A stretch of DNA of 64,000 nt from an uncultured Candidatus Saccharibacteria bacterium (GCA_964510435.1 CAZEBU010000001.1:52627-116626), one strand, 5' to 3'. Shown: positions 28,355-37,180, counted from the stretch's first letter. The notes: a model not told the origin generated them from the letters alone. A program made the numbers and translations.

Positions 28355-28789
28355 ATGAACGAAATTGGTACTCAAATTAGAGGAGACCACAAAAACCCTT
28401 ATCACCTTTCGGTTGGAGCAGTTGTTACCAACAACAACCTGGTTGTTCTTATAAAAAAAGGTGGCAACTTTTATACATTGCCAAGAGAAACTATTTATTC
28501 CCTGGAAAACGTACACGGGGCTGTGCAAAGAGGTCTGGAAGAAGAAGTGGGGATTAACTCCGAGGTTGTAAAGTTTTTAGGTTCAGTAATTGAACATTTT
28601 AATCGTCCAGACGGTACAAAAGTAGAAAAAACAACTTTATACTTCTTGTGTGAAAAAGCTTCTGATTATAAAGAAGACGAGACGGACGAGGAGGTTATTT
28701 GGGTTGAGAACCAAAAAGCCCTAGAGTTGCTTAAAAAGTGTGGTAATGAGGAATACAATATAGTAGACAGAGCTTTCAATAAGACCTGA
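28355..28789 (+). CDS. NUDIX hydrolase
   Basis: Nudix box GAVQRGLEEEVGI. The start is ATG 28355; the track uses an upstream TTG. Confidence 0.6.
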   Translation: MNEIGTQIRGDHKNPYHLSVGAVVTNNNLVVLIKKGGNFYTLPRETIYSLENVHGAVQRGLEEEVGINSEVVKFLGSVIEHFNRPDGTKVEKTTLYFLCEKASDYKEDETDEEVIWVENQKALELLKKCGNEEYNIVDRAFNKT

Positions 28790-28817
28790 CTGCTACGTTC
28801 CCCGAACTTATCAAAAA

Positions 28818-28847
28818 GTTGCAAACGTCGTTCACTATGGTCGACCA
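28818..28847 (+). repeat. junction repeat, copy 2
   Basis: GTTGCAAACGTCGTTCACTATGGTCGACCA, 29 nt after the NUDIX stop. Confidence 0.6.
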
Positions 28848-28852
28848 GTGGA

Positions 28853-28895
28853 AAAGCGGGTGTTGCCCAAAGGGTAATAGCCGCTTTTTCATTTG
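28853..28895 (+). terminator. rho-independent terminator-like hairpin
   Basis: AAAGCGG-loop-CCGCTTT followed by TTTTCATTTGTT. Confidence 0.5.
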
Positions 28896-28898
28896 TTA

Positions 28899-29001
28899 TG
28901 GCGGGACGAGAATGATTCGCAGCGAGCGGAGGCGAGCGAGAGGGGGTCGACTGGCTCGCCAGCAGGCGAGAACAGGTGACCGAGTCCCGCCACCCCGACC
29001 A
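28899..29001 (+). repeat. tRNA-Pro 3'-half-like element: GGCGGG...(~70-nt insert)...GAGTCCCGCCACCCCGACCA
   Basis: The last 21 nt (28981-29001) are identical to the 3' end of tRNA-Pro(GGG) (T-loop/stem, acceptor and CCA). The 5' GCGGG can pair with CCCGC like a T-stem, with a large insert in place of the T-loop. Confidence 0.55.
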
Positions 29002-29119
29002 GATTGGGCAGCGTTGTAACCACGATGCCTCAAAAACCCTTTAACCGCTTGCAAAAAGACCCCTCATTTTTCCAACATTCGAACCGCTGTTTTGCTTATT
29101 TTGGTCCGGCTAGAAATTC

Positions 29120-29968
29120 CTAATCTATGGAACATACCTGTTCTGCTTCAGTTACAAGTTCCATTACCCTTTTAGAATCAAATGATTTATCTAGCAATAC
29201 CCTCCGGCTTTTTTCTTCTCTAAGATCCCTACATAAAACGATGCCACAGTCTAACAAATCCTTTTTCTCTTGTTGTGTAATACTCTTTAAACACGTTATT
29301 GGATGTAAACCGGAATCATCTATAAGTTTTTGTAACGATGCATCATTTGGATACCCCCAGCCCAACATCTTAACACCGGCACATTCCCCAAATTTTATAG
29401 CATCAGATGTAAACTTAGTGTTTGTGACAACCCATCCTTGATGGAATTTATTCATGTGACCTTCTTTTTTTTCCCACACATCAGCTACGTCCTCGAACCT
29501 AGATTTTATATACATTGGAACCTTTACATCTGTTTTATAACCCTGCCTATTATGATATTTACACTCAATCATAAAATGCTCATTATCCTTCAATGCGACA
29601 ACGTCAACCTCGTGACTAACACACTTCCCTTGCACAATTGCCCCCACCTCCACCTTGTACCCATAATTCTCCAAAATCCTACCGATATATCTTTCAAACG
29701 GGAAACCTGTTGGTCCTAATTGCATAATTGCCTTTTTCAGATTATATCTGGATGTTGTATGAGGTTCATGTTTGTTAAGAAAATCTACTATGATCTCGTG
29801 AATTTCTTTGGTTGATATGTTGTTGTAAAGCTTCGCAAGCACAAATTCTCGGGCCCTCTCCTCAAGACCTCTATTTATCCCAGCATTTCTTATGGACCTA
29901 ATTAGCTTTTCGGCCGAAAAAAGTTGCTGAGAAGAATCATACTTCGTTACATAAATTTTTTCAGTCAT
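29120..29968 (-). CDS. ATP-cone domain fused to an Mrr-like (PD-(D/E)xK) restriction endonuclease domain
   Basis: The N-terminus KIYVTKYDSSQQLFSAEKLIRSI is an ATP-cone. The centre FERYIGRIL...HEVDVVAL...MIECKYH is the Mrr catalytic core. Confidence 0.55.
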   Translation of the reverse strand: MTEKIYVTKYDSSQQLFSAEKLIRSIRNAGINRGLEERAREFVLAKLYNNISTKEIHEIIVDFLNKHEPHTTSRYNLKKAIMQLGPTGFPFERYIGRILENYGYKVEVGAIVQGKCVSHEVDVVALKDNEHFMIECKYHNRQGYKTDVKVPMYIKSRFEDVADVWEKKEGHMNKFHQGWVVTNTKFTSDAIKFGECAGVKMLGWGYPNDASLQKLIDDSGLHPITCLKSITQQEKKDLLDCGIVLCRDLREEKSRRVLLDKSFDSKRVMELVTEAEQVCSID

Positions 29969-32231
29969 TTGAAACTTTAATTAGATTTTTCTCAACTCGT
30001 TTTAGTAGAACGGCATTTGTAGCAACTATTATTGAAGATGCTGACATTAATAATGCCGATATTTCAGGGCGTAACGTAATCCCATAAGCCGGGTATAGAA
30101 TTCCTGCTGCAATAGGTATAGCAAGAACGTTATATACACTTGCCCAAACCAAATTCTGTTTCATTTTTGTGACAGTTGCCTTAGATAACTTAATAGCATT
30201 CAATACATCAAGAGGGTCTGATTTCATTAAGACGATATCTGCGGTCTCAATGGCCACATCAGTTCCAGCGCCAATTGCAATTCCAACGTCTGCCTGGGCT
30301 AGCGCTGGAGCATCATTAACTCCATCACCAACCATTGCGGTAAATTTTCCTTCCGATTGAAGTTGCTTTATATGGTTAGCCTTATCTTCAGGAAGAACTT
30401 CTGCAAAAAACCTTTTGATATTAAGGTCCTTTGCAATATGCTCTGCAGTTTTAAAATTATCTCCCGTAATCATCACAGCTTCTATCCCAAGCTTGTTTAA
30501 CATGGAAATTGTCATTTTAGCACTTTCTTTAACAGGGTCCATAGCAGCAACTACGCCTGCTATTTTTTTATTTATTGCTAACAACATAATTGTTTTACCC
30601 TGTTCCAAAAGATTATTTAGAGGAACCTCAATTTCTTTAAGCTCAACGTTGTTATTTCTCATTAGTTTTGCTGTACCTACTAAGACTTCTTTACCAGCAA
30701 CAGTAGCTACTACGCCATGCCCGGACAAACTCTTAAACTTTGTCACATCATTTGATATCCTGCTCTGTAAATTCCTTCTTTCAACTTCTTCTAAAACTGC
30801 TGTGCTTAGTGGGTGACCTGATTTTTTTTCAGCGGCGGCGTCCAAAAGTAATATTTCTTCTTCAGAAAAATCGTTAACGGCTATTACGTCAGTGATTTTA
30901 GGTTTACCTTGAGTTAACGTTCCAGTTTTGTCCAGTACAATAGCCTGAATCTTAGAGGCCTGCTCCAAAGTTACTGCATCTTTGATTAAAATGTTGTTCT
31001 TAGCTCCAAGACCTGTTCCGACCGCTACTACTGTTGGTGTCGCTAAACCTAGAGCATCTGGACAGGCAATAATAATAGCTGAAATAGCGAATGTTAAAGC
31101 GAAGAGTAGGGGTTGTCCCACGAAAATATACCAAATCGAAAATGTTATAATTCCACTTCCCACGGCTAGTATTACTAAGTAAGCTGCGGCTTTGTCTGCA
31201 ATTCTTTGCCCAGGTGCTTTTGAGTTCTGAGCGGTTTCGACTAACTTCACTATCTGAGCCAGGGCAGTGTCTCCACCAACCTTCATAGCTCTAAACTTTA
31301 TAGACCCGGCTTGGTTTATAGATCCACCTATTACCTTGTCACCTAATTGCTTACTAACGGGAAGTGATTCCCCTGTCACCAAAGATTCATCAATTGAAGT
31401 CTCTCCCTCTATAATCTCCCCATCTACTGGAATCTTGTCTCCCGGTTTTATAAGTACAATGTCCCCTAATATAATTTCGGCGGTATCTATAAGCATTTCC
31501 GAATTGTCTTTAATAACAGTCGCTTTTGGAGGTACCAAATCAAATAAGGCTCTTAATGAGTCGGACGTCCCCCGCCTAGACTTCATTTCCATCCAATGGC
31601 CAAACAAAACAAATGTTACAAGCATTGCAGCAGCTTCATAGAAGGTTTCTTGGCCAAAAAGAGTCAAAGCTATACTAAACAAGTAAGCTGCTAGAACCCC
31701 CGTGGAAATTAACACAGACATATTTAGTTTCTTAGCTTTAAGGGAATTGTAAGCGCCCCTTACAAAAATATTCCCAGTGCCTAAAACTATTGGTGTAGTT
31801 AATAGAAAAAGCAAAACACCTACAGGTATGGGAGACGGTAAAATGAGACCAAACACCTCAGTTGCTAAAGGTGAATATAGGATAACTGGTATAGAGAGAA
31901 TGAAGGAGATAAAAAACCTTCGCTTCATATCCTTTTCCATTTGTTTAGCCATACTGGGATCGGACATAGCAGCCTCGTGGTCCTGATGGCTCATATGCTC
32001 ACTTTTTAGTTTTAGGTCTTCACCATCGGAGTGCTTATACTCATGTCCGTCATATTCATGCTTGCTTTTAAGATTGTACTCATACTGTTTCGCCTCCATA
32101 TCAGATCCGCATGTAACGGTTATTTTTTCTGCTATGCAGCAAAAACAGGAATCTGTGGTTTTTGGATTTTCATGTTCTTTTTTATGGCTCTTCATAATAA
32201 TTATCTCCTCCTTGTACTTATTGTGTACCAA
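29961..32231 (-). CDS. heavy-metal (probably copper) translocating P1B-type ATPase with a His-rich N-terminus
   Basis: DKTGTLT, GDGVNDAP, the TM motif ACPDALGLATP (CPD rather than CPC/CPH), and an N-terminal His-rich stretch. Confidence 0.8.
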   Translation of the reverse strand: MVHNKYKEEIIIMKSHKKEHENPKTTDSCFCCIAEKITVTCGSDMEAKQYEYNLKSKHEYDGHEYKHSDGEDLKLKSEHMSHQDHEAAMSDPSMAKQMEKDMKRRFFISFILSIPVILYSPLATEVFGLILPSPIPVGVLLFLLTTPIVLGTGNIFVRGAYNSLKAKKLNMSVLISTGVLAAYLFSIALTLFGQETFYEAAAMLVTFVLFGHWMEMKSRRGTSDSLRALFDLVPPKATVIKDNSEMLIDTAEIILGDIVLIKPGDKIPVDGEIIEGETSIDESLVTGESLPVSKQLGDKVIGGSINQAGSIKFRAMKVGGDTALAQIVKLVETAQNSKAPGQRIADKAAAYLVILAVGSGIITFSIWYIFVGQPLLFALTFAISAIIIACPDALGLATPTVVAVGTGLGAKNNILIKDAVTLEQASKIQAIVLDKTGTLTQGKPKITDVIAVNDFSEEEILLLDAAAEKKSGHPLSTAVLEEVERRNLQSRISNDVTKFKSLSGHGVVATVAGKEVLVGTAKLMRNNNVELKEIEVPLNNLLEQGKTIMLLAINKKIAGVVAAMDPVKESAKMTISMLNKLGIEAVMITGDNFKTAEHIAKDLNIKRFFAEVLPEDKANHIKQLQSEGKFTAMVGDGVNDAPALAQADVGIAIGAGTDVAIETADIVLMKSDPLDVLNAIKLSKATVTKMKQNLVWASVYNVLAIPIAAGILYPAYGITLRPEISALLMSASSIIVATNAVLLKRVEKNLIKVSND

Positions 32232-32902
32232 TTTAAATGTTCATACAACCCCGACCACAAAAATCCTAGTACAAGGGCGAATAGTAGCTCTTCTAGAGGT
32301 ACTTTGAGTACCATAATCCCCGTCAGTTTTCCTAAATTCCACACCTCCATCGTCCAGTTAGGGAAAAAGAGGTTAAGTGCTACAAAAAAAATAAAATAAA
32401 AAGCAAAGAAAATAATAGAACCTAGAAACATCTTGTACTTGAGATCGGGCCTACAATAGAGTGAAAAAACACCTCCGATGAATAGAGAAGCTATTGTTAC
32501 ATAAATAATATTCCAGCCAGTAAATGTGTAAAGAAGTATAAATGCTAAAGGAGCTGACATGATGATTAGCTTATGGTAACGGTGCCTAAGGTGTTGCTTG
32601 TCTAGCTTGGAAAATTTTAAATATCTGGTCTTTCTAATCACTTCATAAGATACTGTAGCTAGACCGCCAATACTAAATGCGAATATTAGACTTTCTATGT
32701 CAAAGCCAGTTGTTTGAGCCAAATTGAACAAAGATGGCGGCTCCCAATATTCAGGTACAAAAAAAGGCTCTGTCAAACCAAAAAAGGAAGTAAGAACGCT
32801 AACGTATATCATAGCCCTTTTACTATCCTTATTAATCTTCAAGTAAACAAGAACCCAAACGAGCAAAAATATTAAACTACCAATAAGCCAAGTATATTGC
32901 AT
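32201..32902 (-). CDS. lycopene-cyclase-domain (CrtYcd-like) membrane protein
   Basis: Two PxEE motifs, FVPEYW and VPLEELLF, in a 7-TM protein. Confidence 0.45.
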   Translation of the reverse strand: MQYTWLIGSLIFLLVWVLVYLKINKDSKRAMIYVSVLTSFFGLTEPFFVPEYWEPPSLFNLAQTTGFDIESLIFAFSIGGLATVSYEVIRKTRYLKFSKLDKQHLRHRYHKLIIMSAPLAFILLYTFTGWNIIYVTIASLFIGGVFSLYCRPDLKYKMFLGSIIFFAFYFIFFVALNLFFPNWTMEVWNLGKLTGIMVLKVPLEELLFALVLGFLWSGLYEHLNWYTISTRRR

Positions 32903-32906
32903 AATT

Positions 32907-33173
32907 TTATTCTTTTAACTTTAGCAAAGCGTCATCATATTCTCTCTCACCTATTTCCCCCTCCGCAAATCTTCTCTTAAGAATATCAGTAGGATTTTCT
33001 GTATCCGTATCTCTGGATTCTGATTGTTTGCGACCCATCATATAAACGAAATAAACTAGCAGTGCTAAAGCAATTACCCCAAAAAACATCATATACATTA
33101 CTCCGCCAAAACTTGTACTTGGAAGATGGTGAGAGTACAGCTCTGTGTTTGTACTATGCGCTAATTGCTCCAT
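32907..33173 (-). CDS. SHOCT-domain membrane protein
   Basis: C-terminal ILKRRFAEGEIGEREYDDALLKL. Confidence 0.5.
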   Translation of the reverse strand: MEQLAHSTNTELYSHHLPSTSFGGVMYMMFFGVIALALLVYFVYMMGRKQSESRDTDTENPTDILKRRFAEGEIGEREYDDALLKLKE

Positions 33174-33191
33174 GTTCAGTAGTTAAATGGA

Positions 33192-33398
33192 CTAAACTCC
33201 AACATATTTTTGCGGGTCGTCTACAAAATGAATTTTGCAGTGTTCAGAGCAAAAGTGATATTCTTTCCCCTTGTAAATAAAAATAAAATCGGTTTCATTC
33301 GTAAACTCCATACCACAAACTAGATCTAGTAAAACCTTCTCAGCATAAGCAAACTCTTTTGGCCTTTTTAGCTTTTTCATAAAAAAATTACTTCCCAA
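33192..33398 (-). CDS. YHS/TRASH-domain metal-binding protein
   Basis: CGMEF...YHFCSEHC. Confidence 0.55.
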   Translation of the reverse strand: MGSNFFMKKLKRPKEFAYAEKVLLDLVCGMEFTNETDFIFIYKGKEYHFCSEHCKIHFVDDPQKYVGV

Positions 33399-33510
33399 CT
33401 AAAGCCACTTTAATTTTAGACAATAATGAAAAATTACCATTGGCTTCCGCCTTACCGCGTTTGACCTTAACTTTCTTTTTCTTTTTATTACCTCCGCAGC
33501 ATCCTGACAT
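33388..33510 (-). CDS. small Cys-rich basic peptide (MSGCCGGNKKKKKVKVKRGKAEANGNFSLLSKIKVALVGK), not in the ORF track
   Basis: 40 codons inside the copper cluster with an N-terminal CC motif. Its last codons share a few bases with the start of the YHS gene (33398). Confidence 0.2.
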   Translation of the reverse strand: MSGCCGGNKKKKKVKVKRGKAEANGNFSLLSKIKVALVGK

Positions 33511-33763
33511 ATTAATACTCCTTTAAAATTAAATTATTAATTACCTTTTTCATTTTCTATTAGTGTTCGCACCCAACTATACGTAAAACCTGTTATCCAG
33601 GCAGAAAGCGCTAAAGACACGCCTCCAAATAGTAATCCCGAAAAGGTCATATTCCATAACCCCAGTACATCAATGTTAAGACCGTGTAACCACTAACGGG
33701 TGATTTGCTAGTGTGTATTTATTTTTCATAATAATCAATATCTCCAATAACAAAACGTTAAAT

Positions 33764-34180
33764 TTATACTTTTTGATTGAGTTTTGCGATTGCTTTCTCC
33801 AAAGCAGCACTGAGCTTAGTTTCTATAACTCCTGCTATTTCCTTAATTTGTTCATTATCGCTAAACCCCAGCACACTTGTTGGTTTCATAAAACCAACTT
33901 TGACCTCTCCAGAATCCTCAAAAACAACTACGTTGCATGGAAGTAGGGCGCCTATTTCGGGTTCTGAAAGTAGTGCTCTATGTGCAAACTTTGGATTACA
34001 TGCACCAAGAATTATGTATTTTGAGTAATCTATATTGAGCTTATTCTTTATAATTTCCTGCACATTTATTTCTGTGATAATACCAAAATCTTCATTTTTT
34101 AGACTCTCTCTTATTGCCTTTTCCGTCTCTTCAAAACCGGAACCAGAAATTTGTATAACTGTATATGCTGCTTTTGTCAT
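33764..34180 (-). CDS. DUF302-domain protein
   Basis: The ILGACNPKFA...LPCNVVV pattern. Confidence 0.55.
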   Translation of the reverse strand: MTKAAYTVIQISGSGFEETEKAIRESLKNEDFGIITEINVQEIIKNKLNIDYSKYIILGACNPKFAHRALLSEPEIGALLPCNVVVFEDSGEVKVGFMKPTSVLGFSDNEQIKEIAGVIETKLSAALEKAIAKLNQKV

Positions 34181-34181
34181 C

Positions 34182-34454
34182 TTACGAACTCCTTTGCCTT
34201 TTTTTATAAATTTCTATTAATTCTTTTATAGCCTTATCTTTTTGGTTACTAAACTGCTCTGAAACATGAATTTGTAGATGCCTTTCAAGAACCACAACGT
34301 CGACGCTCTTAAGAGAGTTCTGAATTGCATAACTAAGATCCAATACATCAATACAATAAGCCTCCTCGTTGATCATTTTGGCAAGGCCATCCAATTGACC
34401 CTTAATTATATTGATTCTCCTTTCAATATCTTTTTTATTATATTCATCTTCCAT
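34182..34454 (-). CDS. csoR: CsoR/RcnR-family metal-sensing transcriptional repressor
   Basis: RINIIKGQLDGLAKMINEEAYCIDVLDLSYAIQNSLKSV...H, a 90-aa DUF156 fold. Confidence 0.7.
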   Translation of the reverse strand: MEDEYNKKDIERRINIIKGQLDGLAKMINEEAYCIDVLDLSYAIQNSLKSVDVVVLERHLQIHVSEQFSNQKDKAIKELIEIYKKRQRSS

Positions 34455-34465
34455 ATATATACCCT

Positions 34466-34482
34466 ATACCCCCCCGTGGTAT
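34466..34482. promoter_or_regulatory. candidate CsoR operator (ATACC-N7-GGTAT pseudo-palindrome)
   Basis: ATACCCCCCCGTGGTAT sits 12 nt upstream of the csoR start. CsoR operators are GC-rich TACC...GGTA palindromes. Confidence 0.45.
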
Positions 34483-34546
34483 CCGTCAAGAGCTTTTTTA
34501 TTACCATTATTAGAGAGGTTTCCTTATTTATAGCCTGGAGAATGTA

Positions 34547-34574
34547 GTTGTCCGTGACCGCCATGCTCGACCAG
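34547..34574 (+). repeat. junction repeat, copy 3 (divergent 5' half)
   Basis: GTTGTCCGTGACCGCCATGCTCGACCAG. It is followed by a hairpin with a T-run at 34577-34616 and by GGCAGGACGAGAA at 34622-34634. Confidence 0.45.
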
Positions 34575-34812
34575 AAAAAGCTAGATATCACCGCAGGTGG
34601 TAGCTAGCTTTTTTTAGTTGTGGCAGGACGAGAATAATTCGGACTGAACGAATGAAATGAGTGAAGGAGAGGGGCTAATGCTTTCGTAATAGACGCAGAA
34701 AATAATTTCCTAATAATTCAAAAGAATATTTATGATGATGGTCAATTGGACTATGCAAACAAAGCCATTAAAGATTTTGAATCTCAAGGGCTCCTAAACT
34801 AAGTTCATAAAA

Positions 34813-34823
34813 GTTACAAACAT
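34813..34823 (+). repeat. junction repeat half-site (5' half only)
   Basis: AAAAGTTACAAACAT, immediately 3' of the PIN gene. Confidence 0.25.
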
Positions 34824-34831
34824 TCTCCACC

Positions 34832-35281
34832 CTAAATTTTATAGTTAGCACGTATAAATTGCATGAAATCACCTGGGCTTATAACAATAATTCCAAAATC
34901 TCCTTTTATCACATCTAGTTTAAAGTGTTTTAAATTATAAGTAATCAGAAATCTAGCCTTTGTAATTACAGCTCCGGCTAAAACATGACTATCATACATA
35001 TCCAACAAATAACTTCCATATTTTTCTACTAAGGATGCTGGAGAACCGTGCAAATTAGTAATTTCAAATTCCTTATTGAATGACTTGGCTAAAACCTTGT
35101 TTGGTAGACTCAGTCTTTTTGCAACACCTCTAGTTTCTTTTAAAGATAGTTGTGTAGTAAGTTTAGTAACTTTTAGATCGTTGATAATAAAGTGAGCGGC
35201 ACCTTTTCTAGAAAAAAGAGACGAAACTATCACATCTGTATCCGGGAAGATTCTTATATCTTCAAGCTTATTTACTCTCAT
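34832..35281 (-). CDS. PIN-domain (PIN_3-like) toxin component
   Basis: N-terminal DTDVIVSSL and C-terminal D..D.HVLAGAVITKARFLITYNLKHF. Confidence 0.45.
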   Translation of the reverse strand: MRVNKLEDIRIFPDTDVIVSSLFSRKGAAHFIINDLKVTKLTTQLSLKETRGVAKRLSLPNKVLAKSFNKEFEITNLHGSPASLVEKYGSYLLDMYDSHVLAGAVITKARFLITYNLKHFKLDVIKGDFGIIVISPGDFMQFIRANYKI

Positions 35282-35543
35282 AAGCTTTAGACCTAAGTTC
35301 TTTTATAGTCTTTTGTATCTTCTCAATGTTTTTAAGATCCTCCTGCTCAGCTTGATATATATCGTAATCCAAACCTGTAAAGGCAAAATAGATAGACTTG
35401 GCTGGAATCCTATAAACACTGCCAAACCTTTTAGCAATAATTTCACCTCGCCTAATTAAATCGTAAACGGTATTCTTGTTAAGCTGAAGTATTTCTGCTA
35501 CTTCAACGGGGGTATAAGTTTTTGTATATAACATCTTACTCAT
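35268..35543 (-). CDS. excisionase-family helix-turn-helix DNA-binding protein (probable antitoxin of the PIN gene)
   Basis: TPVEVAEILQLNKNTVYDLIRRGEI. It overlaps the PIN gene by 14 nt. Confidence 0.55.
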   Translation of the reverse strand: MSKMLYTKTYTPVEVAEILQLNKNTVYDLIRRGEIIAKRFGSVYRIPAKSIYFAFTGLDYDIYQAEQEDLKNIEKIQKTIKELRSKAYESK

Positions 35544-35618
35544 TATGACCAGACTATACTATACAGTATAGAACTTGTCAATTACGTACTGATTAGGTAG
35601 GCTCGCACTCATCAAATG

Positions 35619-35648
35619 GTTGCAAACGTCGGTTACTATGCTCGACCA
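35619..35648 (+). repeat. junction repeat, copy 4
   Basis: GTTGCAAACGTCGGTTACTATGCTCGACCA. Confidence 0.55.
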
Positions 35649-35695
35649 GAAATCCCTATTGACGTCGAACAAACTCATATATACAATGTATACAC

Positions 35696-35962
35696 ATGTA
35701 CTTTGATTGGGATGGAAAAAAGAGCAAGAAACTCCAATCAATACGCAACATTAGTTTTGAGCAAATACTGGTAGAGATTAATAATGGCAACTTATTAGAC
35801 GTTATTGAGAATCCAAATCAAAAAAAGTATCCCAATCAGTTGATATACATAGTGAGATCGGGAAACTACGTTTATTTAGTTCCTTTTGTGATGGATAAAG
35901 AAAAGATTCTCTTGAAAACAATTTATCCTAGCAGAAAGTTTAAGAGATTATATGAAAAATAA
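35696..35962 (+). CDS. brnT: BrnT-family (DUF497) ribonuclease toxin
   Basis: MYFDWDGKKSKK...ISFEQI...YIVRSGNYVYLVPFV...KTIYPSRKFKRLYEK matches the BrnT pattern. Confidence 0.6.
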   Translation: MYFDWDGKKSKKLQSIRNISFEQILVEINNGNLLDVIENPNQKKYPNQLIYIVRSGNYVYLVPFVMDKEKILLKTIYPSRKFKRLYEK

Positions 35963-36248
35963 TAAAAACATGTATAAACCACTTGACGAATACGAAAAAG
36001 ATCTACAGGAAACCATTGATAAGGTGGATTCTTTTAAAAGACCTAAAAACTATAAGAAGGTTTTAGCGAAAGCATTAATAGCTGCAAACAACACCTCTTC
36101 AAAATCCAAGACTCTTAATATCCGTATTGCTGAAAAGGACTTAATTATGCTTAAAACTAAAGCTGAAAAGGTTGGTATGCCTTATCATACGCTTATTAAT
36201 ACTGTTTTACACCAGTATGCTAAGGGAGAATTAAAGGTCGATATTTAA
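35952..36248 (+). CDS. brnA: BrnA antitoxin (RHH)
   Basis: KTLNIRIAEKDLIMLKTKAEKVGMPYHTLINTVLHQYAKGELKV. It overlaps brnT by 11 nt. Confidence 0.6.
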   Translation: MKNNKNMYKPLDEYEKDLQETIDKVDSFKRPKNYKKVLAKALIAANNTSSKSKTLNIRIAEKDLIMLKTKAEKVGMPYHTLINTVLHQYAKGELKVDI

Positions 36249-36253
36249 AAAAA

Positions 36254-36283
36254 GTTCAAAACATCGTTCCTTATAGTCGACCA
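36254..36283 (+). repeat. junction repeat, copy 5
   Basis: GTTCAAAACATCGTTCCTTATAGTCGACCA, starting 6 nt after the brnA stop. Confidence 0.6.
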
Positions 36284-36394
36284 TGAAATTATGTAATCAC
36301 ATTTATGTGGTTAATTAACAAACTTTATAGCGGGTGATGGGTTTAGAAACCGTACTAGGCTCAAAGGGGGCATCCTGAGCGGAAATGCTGAAGA

Positions 36395-36712
36395 TCAAAC
36401 AACTTTAACTCCATTTTTCTTTATCTCAGTCACAAGCGGGTTGTACTTGTTATTAAAATCTTCAACCAAAAACGGGTGAGGCTCAATTAAATCACTTATA
36501 TCACGTCTAAGATGCATAAGTCTTACTCTCTCTCCATGCAAATCGTCGCTAAAGTCGGCTGAGACTATGCCTACATCCAAATCACTCCACTTGCTATTAG
36601 TACCCTTTACTCTTGATCCAAAAGCATACATTTCCTGCACGTTTATACCATTACTTTCAAGGACAGCTCTATATTCATTAAGAATGTCTAAATATTCTTG
36701 TGTTAAACTCAT
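36395..36712 (-). CDS. minimal nucleotidyltransferase (MNT) antitoxin
   Basis: FGSRVKGTNSKWSDLDVGIV, the GS...DxD motif. Confidence 0.65.
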   Translation of the reverse strand: MSLTQEYLDILNEYRAVLESNGINVQEMYAFGSRVKGTNSKWSDLDVGIVSADFSDDLHGERVRLMHLRRDISDLIEPHPFLVEDFNNKYNPLVTEIKKNGVKVV

Positions 36713-37092
36713 AGTGACCCTTCAACCCATGTATACAAATCTATGGAAACCTTTACCCATTTTTCAGCGTATTCTTTTGTAGCTTTTTTATAAAAACTTA
36801 GTTTGTAGTCATCATAACGTGTATCTAAGTTGAAGGTAGTTATTTCGTTAAGTCTTTCTTCAGTTTTGTTAGTGACTCCTAAATCAGCTTCTTTTGCCAA
36901 TCGTTTTAAATCGTGCGTGTATGGGATTTCCTTTCCCTGACTAACTAATAGCCCCTTTAATAGTTTTTCAAGAGATAGTTGCCAAAAAAACAAACACCAA
37001 TGATAGTAACCAAGGTCAAACATACCTTGTGCAGCATTTTTACTCTCTTCTGAGCCATCAATCCAATATTTTAAAGCTTCTTCCCTTTTCAT
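36709..37092 (-). CDS. HEPN-domain protein (partner of the MNT)
   Basis: LSLEKLLKGLLVSQGKEIPYTHDLKRL, with a 4-nt overlap with the MNT gene. Confidence 0.6.
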   Translation of the reverse strand: MKREEALKYWIDGSEESKNAAQGMFDLGYYHWCLFFWQLSLEKLLKGLLVSQGKEIPYTHDLKRLAKEADLGVTNKTEERLNEITTFNLDTRYDDYKLSFYKKATKEYAEKWVKVSIDLYTWVEGSL

Positions 37093-37180
37093 ATAGGCAT
37101 TATACTAGATTGAAAGTTGCAAACATAATAGTCCGCTATAGACAACACAAAATTATACCTGAAGGGCATGACACGAAGTA

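Noticed and set aside
28819-29019. 66-aa Arg-rich ORF (MQTSFTMVDQW...RRRARGGRLARQQ)
   Set aside because: It spans junction repeat 2, the terminator hairpin and the tRNA-like element. The GC-rich structured DNA explains the open frame.
35559-35741. 60-aa minus-strand ORF between the HTH gene and brnT
   Set aside because: It overlaps junction repeat 4 and the brnT start, and has no RBS or recognisable features.
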